The notes under the pieces are model-generated. The model did not search any database. It saw only the letters and a program-made list of their open reading frames with translations, and was not told the DNA's origin. The translations under genes and the position numbers were made by a program. DNA of 64,000 nucleotides from the NCBI GenBank assembly GCA_905178155.1, contig CAJINV010000021.1, positions 850,449 through 914,448 on the forward strand, given 5' to 3'. Positions 56,480 through 64,000 of the stretch are shown here, one piece after another (positions within the stretch are counted from its first letter, which is position 1; every line of letters begins with the position of its first letter). The stretch comes from Amoebophrya sp. A120. Its lineage: Eukaryota > Protista > Dinoflagellata.

Positions 56480-58867
56480 TTACTTTTTGGTTTCCTCCTC
56501 CCCGTTGACGCTGTGGCCATCTTCCTTCTGATGTTCGTCTGCACTTTGACCTTCGCTTTTTTTCAATCCTTCTGCATCAGCCGCAACCTCCTCCTGTCGC
56601 TGCAAAACTTCATTAGTCCCCCCTTCCCGTGGCAGCTTTTCATCCTTGAAGCTCTTCTCCTCTTGCAACGTCGAGCCTGCTTGCTGCAACGTGCCGATCT
56701 TGTCTTCGTGCACGACGGTAGCACAGGTGTGCAACTTGTCCTCTTCGTCCGCAGGACCACCAGCACACCGCCCGTTCATGTTCCGGATTTGCTCAGAAAG
56801 CGCGTCGCTTTTGTTAGTTGCAGTGGACATCTTTCGCAGAACGTGCGCGACTTTCTCGTTCATTTTGTCAAGCCCATCGGCGTTGGTTTGCGGTGGAGCT
56901 TGCTTGTTCGTGGTCCCACTGTTCAAATCGAACCACAGGTCGCGCTTCTGTGCAGATTGACGACTTTGTTCCGCAGCGCCTTTCTGTCCCGCGACGCCGT
57001 GCAGGACGCGCAGACTGTTCGCGTCATATTGATTCCGTTCGTTGCTACTTCTAGCCTGCAGTAAAAGGTTGTCGTTGTTCTGTGCCCCTCGTCGGTAACC
57101 GCCCGAACTGCCCTTCGCGACACGTCTGGTTATCAGCAGGGCCCGCTCCAGTTGGGCAAGTTCTTCTGCATCGAACCGGTTGAGAGACTCTAAAGCAGCC
57201 TGGTCTTCTTCACAGGAAGCGAAGGGTCCTCGCATCTTGTTCAACAAGGAATCGCTAGTGACGCCCTGCTGCTTAGTGATTTTCGTGTTTATTTCTTCGC
57301 AATTTTTATTTTTCATCTCCTGTAGTTGCAGCGCTCTCTGCCCGTGCTGCTGCGGCGTGCTGCTCGTCAGCGAGAAGAATCCGTTTACCTCCTGCAGCAA
57401 CTGGCGCACACGATGTTGTCTCGTCGATGGCTGGTCCTCTTCAGCCGATCTGCTTCGCTTCCGCCGGAATAAGTACAGACGGGCTCGCTCCCGAAGAGTG
57501 AAGTGATCGTCCACCAAAACCAGGAAGCACATGACGGGCAGAATCAAGCCCAAGATCTGCCAGAAGAGTAGGACCGTGTGGCTGGTCTTCGTGGCAATTT
57601 CGCTAGTACTCGTGTCAACCAGTACTTGCTGCGGGGTCTGCGTGTTTGCTGTCTGGTTGCTGTTGGCCGCAACAGCAACTGGGGTGTTGTTAGTACCCGT
57701 AGAAGATGCAGTACTCGACGCCGTCAAGGTAGTTGTCTGCTCCCCTCCACCGGCAGCCGACGACATTCCGGTGGACATTACTTCGGAATCCAGCCCCACA
57801 CCCGTCGCGGCGAACCCCAGAATCACGAGGAGGAGGGTCAGCAGCAGCTCCTGCGCGTTCGCCGTCGCGCTGGCAAAGGGTCGGAACAGGTGCGTGCTGA
57901 GGAGGTACACCAGGAGCACCGAGGTTGCACAGGTGACTTGCGAGTACCCGTCGCGAAAGAGAATTGCGGACAGTGCAAAGCCGCAATCCTTGAGTAGCAC
58001 CACGATGCACCACCAGTAAAATTCGCTGCGGAACGGCGCCCACGCAAAGCCGAAAAAGTCCTCAAGTTGTGCAATGCGCGCCAAAAGAGTTGTTGACACT
58101 TGCGCAGCGGTGACATCGTTTTTTGTTCCTGTTTCAGTTGCAAAAGATGATGAGTTGTCCTTGTGGTGGTCCACCAATTGCAACTTCTTTTTCTGCATTT
58201 CCGCCGCACTTTCTGCTGGTCTATTTTTGGAGCCCACCTCCGCTGTTCTCCATGCACTAAGTAGTCTTTCGTTGCTCGCCAGAGAGCCTAGGTTCCAGCG
58301 CAGTAGCGCACTCCCCACCGCCAGGAAGAGGATCGGCGCAGACAACGCCATGAGCGCAACGGCGATCGCCGGAAAGAAGTACTCCGAGTGGGCGTTCTGC
58401 GAGCCATCAGCATCTCGCTGGTCCTGCCCACAGGCCACATGACGAAAAATCCGGTGCGTCGTCGACTCTTGGTCGTTATGCTCCATGCAGTCGAAGTATG
58501 CAATACAAATTTCCCGTACATGTACAAAATGCATGACAAATTTCGCTAACTTGGAGCGTCAAACTTGTCATGCTGACTGAGATTGTTGAGTGGGACTTCT
58601 GTCATGCAGAAACAGCATTTGCACGTCGTGCACGGGAAATATACTGTGGATACAAAGAAATCCAAGGCGTTCCGACTGCTCATCGGGTAAAGCAAAAGCA
58701 CCAGCGCACCAGCGAGTCGGAGGTATCCGCCAATCTGCATGCTGCTGCCTTGGTCGTGGTCCGGGTTCTTCCTGATCTCCCGCTGGTCTGGAGTGGCGGA
58801 AGAAAGACCTGAGTTTATATTTTGTGTTTCCAAGTACACATTTTTTCCATACTTCGAGTTTCGCCAT
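56480..58867 (-). CDS. Multipass membrane protein with TRP-C-like / protist GPCR-like transmembrane region; 1 introner
   Basis: LLYPMSSRNALDFF|DC..C..FGFAWAPFRSEFYWWCIVVLL..Q..YL..FRPF..NAQELLL; multiple hydrophobic helices; 5' end may extend into 58883-59977. Confidence 0.75.
58497..58652. mobile_element. Introner family G (reverse orientation)
   Basis: TATGCAATACAAATTTCCCGTAC...CGGGAAATATACTGTGGATA; flanks CGAAG/CAAAG. Confidence 0.88.
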
Positions 58868-58882
58868 GATTTCTTACTTCAT

Positions 58883-59977
58883 TCAAATCCCAAATTCATC
58901 ATCGTCTTCAACTTTTGCCTTGTCAAAATGCAAAAGCCGTACTAGTAGTAGTACCATGATGGTGCAGCTTTCATCACAGGATACTTTGCAGCCGTCGACG
59001 TCCCCAATCTCGGTCGCTGTCGCCTTGCTTCTGGGAGAAACGTACAACTCACGACGGCGGGCAGCAGCGACTTCCAGTGCAGCAGCTTCATGGTTTTTCC
59101 CCTCTTCCGGTCCTCGGTCGCCATTCGTAGCTGCAGTAGTCGGTGATTTCTGTGAAGAGGCTGCCAACGCGTCCACAATGTCAGCAGCAGAGCCAATTTT
59201 TGACTTTTGGTTCATCCTGGCCTCCTCCAACATGATCGCTGTAGAAGTACCGGTTCCTCGTTCGTTCGTGCTTCCTGGCCGCGTCCGGACGTCGGAGACC
59301 CCACTGCGGTGGTAGGAAAAAGCAGAGACGACGCAGACGGCAGAGACCACAGCGAGAACAGACGCGAGGGCAACAAAAGTGGACTTCCTCGGTAAAGTTG
59401 CTTGTTCCGTAGTTGCAGCGCCGTTGTCCATCTTCCCGCTTTTTTTGTATGGCGGCGTGAAAGAAGAGGAACAGCCAACATGTTGTTTCCGGTTGTGGCC
59501 GGTATTCTGGTGCGACGCGGACGTTGGTGGCTCCTCCCCTTGGCGCGACACCGACCGCAGGAGCGCCTGCTGGACAGGGTCGTCATCTTGATTCAGATTT
59601 TTGACGACCTCCTCCCCGTGGTCCTGATTCTGTCCGACAGGTCCTCCACGTTGCACCTCTGGAGGTGCGCCGGCATTCTTATCACCACTTCTACCGTGGT
59701 GCCCCGCAACCGCGTCTGCAAAGGCATACAAAGCGTTTTTCCTTGGCGCCAGTGCGACTCGTTTCTTGTACACGGGTGACGTCACGCGCTCCTCGTTCTG
59801 GTTCGCGGCTCCGGCAACCGGTGGTCCACCGGCAGCACGCCGGCTTCGTGGGTGCGGAGGACTCAGGATACCCGGACTTTCCTCCAAAGTAGATGTGTTC
59901 GCCTTGCTGGACGAGGTGCGGCCCGATGGCGACGGGCAGCTGCCCGAGGCTGCTGCGTCCTTCAAGTCACTGTCCAT
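58883..59977 (-). CDS. Hypothetical protein with one TM helix (possibly 5' exon of the downstream gene)
   Basis: 364-aa ATG-initiated ORF containing FVALASVLAVVSAVCVVSAFSY. Confidence 0.6.
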   Translation of the reverse strand: MDSDLKDAAASGSCPSPSGRTSSSKANTSTLEESPGILSPPHPRSRRAAGGPPVAGAANQNEERVTSPVYKKRVALAPRKNALYAFADAVAGHHGRSGDKNAGAPPEVQRGGPVGQNQDHGEEVVKNLNQDDDPVQQALLRSVSRQGEEPPTSASHQNTGHNRKQHVGCSSSFTPPYKKSGKMDNGAATTEQATLPRKSTFVALASVLAVVSAVCVVSAFSYHRSGVSDVRTRPGSTNERGTGTSTAIMLEEARMNQKSKIGSAADIVDALAASSQKSPTTAATNGDRGPEEGKNHEAAALEVAAARRRELYVSPRSKATATEIGDVDGCKVSCDESCTIMVLLLVRLLHFDKAKVEDDDEFGI

Positions 59978-61171
59978 GAGAGGTAGAATACAGAATGTTC
60001 ATAGGCAAACTGTAGCTGTAGGTGGGAAAAATTTATGGGGTATATGAAGGTATCAATTTCAGTCGACAAGGACCGAAAATTGTGCAAATAGACGAACAAA
60101 TGAAGTCGGCTGTACAAAAGACAGAAAGCACAACTCAAGTCTCGGTCTTTAGTTTTCCTTGCTTGCAAGCGTAGCCGGTGTGATGCGTTTCGGTGTGATA
60201 CCGTGTGTCCACCACAATCGACTCTGATAAGGGGCAAAGATTGTTTTTGCGTCTTTGCTACAATCACCAAGATGAAGATCAAGGACTTTTTTTTGCCAGA
60301 TAACTACACAAACACATGCTCCTCAACACTCCGTCAACGTGAATACGCGTTTTTGCCAAATAAAGATCTCTCCTTAGAAGCAGGCACTAACACGGAGCTG
60401 CAAGAAGACGATGCTGTTGTTGAACAGCGCCACTAGCTGCATTTGTTGTCGTTTTCTTTACCCTTCCTGTTCCTAGTGAAGCTGAAATACCATTATACCT
60501 AAATCAAACCACTCGCAATCTCACTCTTTTTGTTTCAAATTTGCGCTCCACATGCTGACCGATTGATATTTGATTGGTTGCGGTTTGACCTTGCGGACCA
60601 TCTTCGCAACCCGAAGCGGAAAGTTGAAATAATGCCTAGGCTCGGAGGCACAGGCACAAGAAAGGGAACAGAGAGCCGAAGTGTCTCCGCAGGGATAACA
60701 TGCGACTCGTGCTCCTGTATGGGAAAAGGCTTCTATATGCGGAGCCACAACTTGCCTTCACGAACCACGGCTGCACGATTGGACTCGATTCTGGAAGATG
60801 ATGAGCAGAGCGATCTCTATTTTCGCGCAGTTCGTTGTCGTTCCGACGCTTGCAAAAAAACCAAAGTTGGAAGAGGACAAACTTGGAAGAGGAAGAGCCT
60901 GCAGCAATAGAGAAGCGGATAATCACGGATGCAGCACTGTTCATTTTTGGAAAATTTTCCTAATGCCGATTTCAATCTCTAGCTCTAGTTCCTACAACAG
61001 AGAGACGATTCATATTGTTCACTTCAATTCGCCAAAAACACAAAACGCCTGTACATGAAGCTGCAGGCACTACAGAGTGGTAAATGTCTACCAGACAACG
61101 ATTTCCCTGTTGAGGAAGGTTGCAGTTGTCGATTCGATTTAGTACGGGAATAGAGCATAGACATTTACATC

Positions 61172-62683
61172 TTATCTTGTCGATGCAAGTTTGAAACCGC
61201 TTCGACTCACTTTTATTTTTCCTTGTTTCGTCCACCGGGAGAACGTGTTGCAGCCGCGTTCGAAGCCTTGGGCGCGGAGATTTTGGCAAACTTGACAAAT
61301 GGCCTGATCGTGCGGATGAGCGTTGCGTTTACCGAAGCCCTTTCGGATGACCGCGCGCGTATCATCAGGCTTTTTGAAGGATGCGACTTTGCCGTTCACC
61401 CAGTGCTCCTCCGCAGGAAGTTTTTCCCTTTCCGCTTTCCTCCAACACTTATTGCAATACTGGTTCTCGAACCCCTTCCGGGCACTGTTTGATTTAGTTT
61501 GCCGGATGTTGTGCTACTGTAGTTCCGACTGAGCTGCAAATATCTTCTGCATCAAACGAAAACCAGAAGGAAGGACTTTCACGATCACGTATGAAAGAAT
61601 ACTACTTACCAAGAGTCATCAAGCGCATCATCTTAATCTATTGGTGACCATGTTGGCATGGCTTGCGCTTTTGGCATAAAAAGGCCTACTTTATTGTCCT
61701 CAATAAACCACGATCACCTTCTCTTTACTTGTTGGCATAGATGAAGATGATGTAGAACATTACCCCGATTTCTGCGACCCGTTCTCCGTGTTGATATTGA
61801 ACCAGCACCAAGCCGACGTCCATGTGTTGCTACAGGATTTGCGCTTGCACTTCCAAACGCAGAAAGCACGGCAGTAGTGCTGAAAGGCGGCGTCGGCAGT
61901 GTCGCTGACAGGGAAGAAGTCAACGCTTGGGTCCTTGCAAAACTTGATGCACCCGTTTTTCTTCACGTGCTTGATCATCGTCTCCTCCCGTTCGTCGTCG
62001 ATCTCCTGGCATTCGTTGTATTCAAACTCGTCGTCCTCGTCGGAGGCTGGTTCATGTAGATTGGTGTTAGAAGGAGCGGCAGTTGACTTGGAAATGTTAT
62101 TTGCACTTGTTCCGCTCATCTTCGTTGCTGCCTTCTTACTACCCTGCTTGACCTCGCGAAAATCCGTGATGGCTTGCAATCCGAGAATACCGATGTGCAC
62201 GTGGTCGTTTTTCGCCCAGTTGAAATTTGTGCTGTGCTTCTTACGCATGGACAGGAACAATTCTTCCTGCAGCGACTTGTAGAAGCTTCCGAGAAAGCGG
62301 CTGTCGAACTCGAGGTCGGCCACGTGGTCCCAGTCGTCGGGCCCCTGCGCCTCTGCACTGCCTTGGTTGATGTAGTCAAAACTCTTCGGGGCGAGCACAA
62401 ACTTCGCGAAGGTGTGGTTTCGCGCACTACCGGTTGTCGTCTTCACGAAAAACAGAGACCACAACTGGTTCTTGCCATGGACGTCGCCGCACTTTCCGAA
62501 CGCTTTTGGCTTGATGGCGACGGTCCGCTCCTGGTGGTGCTGACAGCAGTTTTCCTCTGATGTGCGCGCCGACACCCACAACGCTTTCCGCAAAATATCC
62601 TTGTCCTGTTTTTTGGATTTGCCGCGGACACTGTCGGGCGTCATGTCCGATGTCGTGTGGAGAAGCTGCAGGAAGTCGGCCAT
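61172..62683 (-). CDS. zf-3CxxC (ZAR1/RTP-like) zinc-finger protein; canonical intron 61485-61763
   Basis: FCVWKCKRKSCSNTWTSAWCW..G|ARKGFENQYCNKC..HPHDQAICQVC after GT-AG splicing. Confidence 0.72.
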
Positions 62684-63232
62684 CGTGCTGTTTGTGTCGA
62701 CGATTCAGTCTGCCAATAACGACAAAAACGACGTAACTACACTACTAGATTACAGTTCAAACATTTGTGAATGATCTCCAGCACCACGGAATATCTGAAT
62801 GTTTTCAAGGTCCGGTTTAGAGTGCGGATGTTTGTCGTCCGTGCTGCCGCAAAGCGCAAATCATGGCCAAATTTCTCTATACTCTGCCTTCGGCTTTGGT
62901 ACAACGCACGTGCAACTCGAGCAAGCTCCAGATATACGCTTTTGCAACGTGCCAGTACCTACCTCTCGTCCGTTGCTGTTTTTTATTCCATTTGGTAGTG
63001 GTAAATCGCAGTATCATGAATAAGCAGACTCCTCTCGCAGGTCTCTCGCTCTCGATAGCGTCGCACATGCTCCTTCTTTTGACGAAGGGAAGATGACAAA
63101 AATCGGGGTATATTGAACGCACGATGCAGCATCTGCTGTCGCATCGAGAACACGAGAAGCAGCGCAGCGACCTCAGCATGTGGAATAGTGTTATTGTTGC
63201 ACCATGTGTTGTTGCAATGTCAAAAGGTATCT

Positions 63233-63960
63233 CTACAGAAACCCCGGCTGCACGGTTGGTTCCTGATTGAACAATATTCTCATGCACTTGCACCACTGTG
63301 GGGACAGTCCTTTCCTCTTCATACTGGCCTCGTCCATGAACTTGGTGATGCACTTTGTGTAGTGCCCGTACACCGTGATCTCCGCCAAGTGTCGCACGTC
63401 CACGCGCCCGGAGTCTAGCAGAATCACCGCACTATACTGGAACTTGCCGTTGACCGCCTGTTCGGGTTTGGGATTTTTTGAACTTTGATCATGTTCGAGC
63501 CCCTCCATGGAAGAGTAGACCAAGTGCTCCTGCGCGAATTCCACGATCACGTTCACGGTTGCAGAGTCCAGCACCTTCTGTCGGTTGTTGTTATCCCTTG
63601 TTTCGCTCGGGCGGATCAGGGCCGAGCTGGACTGGACCACACGACAGGGGGATTCGTGGAAGGGGAGGTCGCAGTATGACAGTGCACAATTCCCGCCCCC
63701 ACCTCATGTGTCATGCAAAATCCCAAATCCAGTCCTCACTGCCTCGTGGCACTGTTTGCATGACTGAATAAATTTCGAAAGGAGCCCAAACAGTACTACA
63801 GCAAGTGCATAGATTTGTCATGCACAGGCTCCAGGGTCGCTGGCGCCTGTATTGCTGTTCATGCAATACAAATGAGGGGAAGGGGGAGTTGTGCACTGTC
63901 ATACGCATATTTCGTCGACGTTCTCCACGTCGTCCTCCGGTTTCAGGGTGCGCAGCAAGG
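63233..63960 (-). CDS. 3' part of a hypothetical protein gene entering from the right edge
   Basis: LLRTLKPEDDVENVDEIC|DLPFHESPCRVVQSS.. joins ORF 63233-63640 in frame across the introner. Confidence 0.6.
63675..63903. mobile_element. Introner family L
   Basis: TATGACAGTGCACAA / TTGTGCACTGTCATA; flanks CGCAG/CGCAT. Confidence 0.9.
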
Positions 63961-64000
63961 TATCCACTCAAGAAGTACTATCGCACTCGTAGTAATTATC
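63961..64000. mobile_element. Left end of a family A introner, truncated by window edge
   Basis: TATCCACT..AAGTACTATCGCACTCGTAGTAAT matches family A left ends. Confidence 0.65.

Noticed and set aside
2957-59892. Plus-strand ORFs antisense to the genes (e.g. 2957-3808, 6876-7592, 56462-57064)
   Set aside because: Shadow ORFs of GC-rich minus-strand exons with no independent motifs.
60530-60910. Plus-strand Cys-containing 126-aa ORF
   Set aside because: Non-ATG start, no recognisable domain, opposite to all other genes; insufficient support.

Overview
Eukaryotic genomic DNA, most consistent with a parasitic syndinian dinoflagellate (Amoebophrya-like). That assignment is an inference from the intron architecture, not from a database match. 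About 14 protein-coding genes or ORFs can be supported, all on the minus strand. They include an Aurora kinase, a dual-specificity phosphatase, a LicD/fukutin-like nucleotidyltransferase, a zf-3CxxC protein, an F-type-lectin-like membrane protein, a TRP-C-like multipass membrane protein and a ~2,400-aa membrane protein. The dominant signal is a massive invasion of exons by introner-like elements. I count 55 short elements (114-368 nt; one cut by the window end) in about a dozen sequence families. Nearly all have TAT...ATA ends, family-specific terminal inverted repeats, a 5-bp target-site duplication and a shared internal GCAT[GCT]ACAAA motif. One further element is 1.56 kb long with an 8-bp duplication. 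For every complete element, removing it plus one duplication copy restored the reading frame by hand, even where no GT/GC-AG boundary is possible. Canonical GT-AG introns co-occur in the same genes. Intergenic DNA carries a hairpin-rich satellite (1-1830), a tripartite satellite block (23655-27090) and a TA-flanked MITE. All gene models were spliced manually; no RNA evidence was available.
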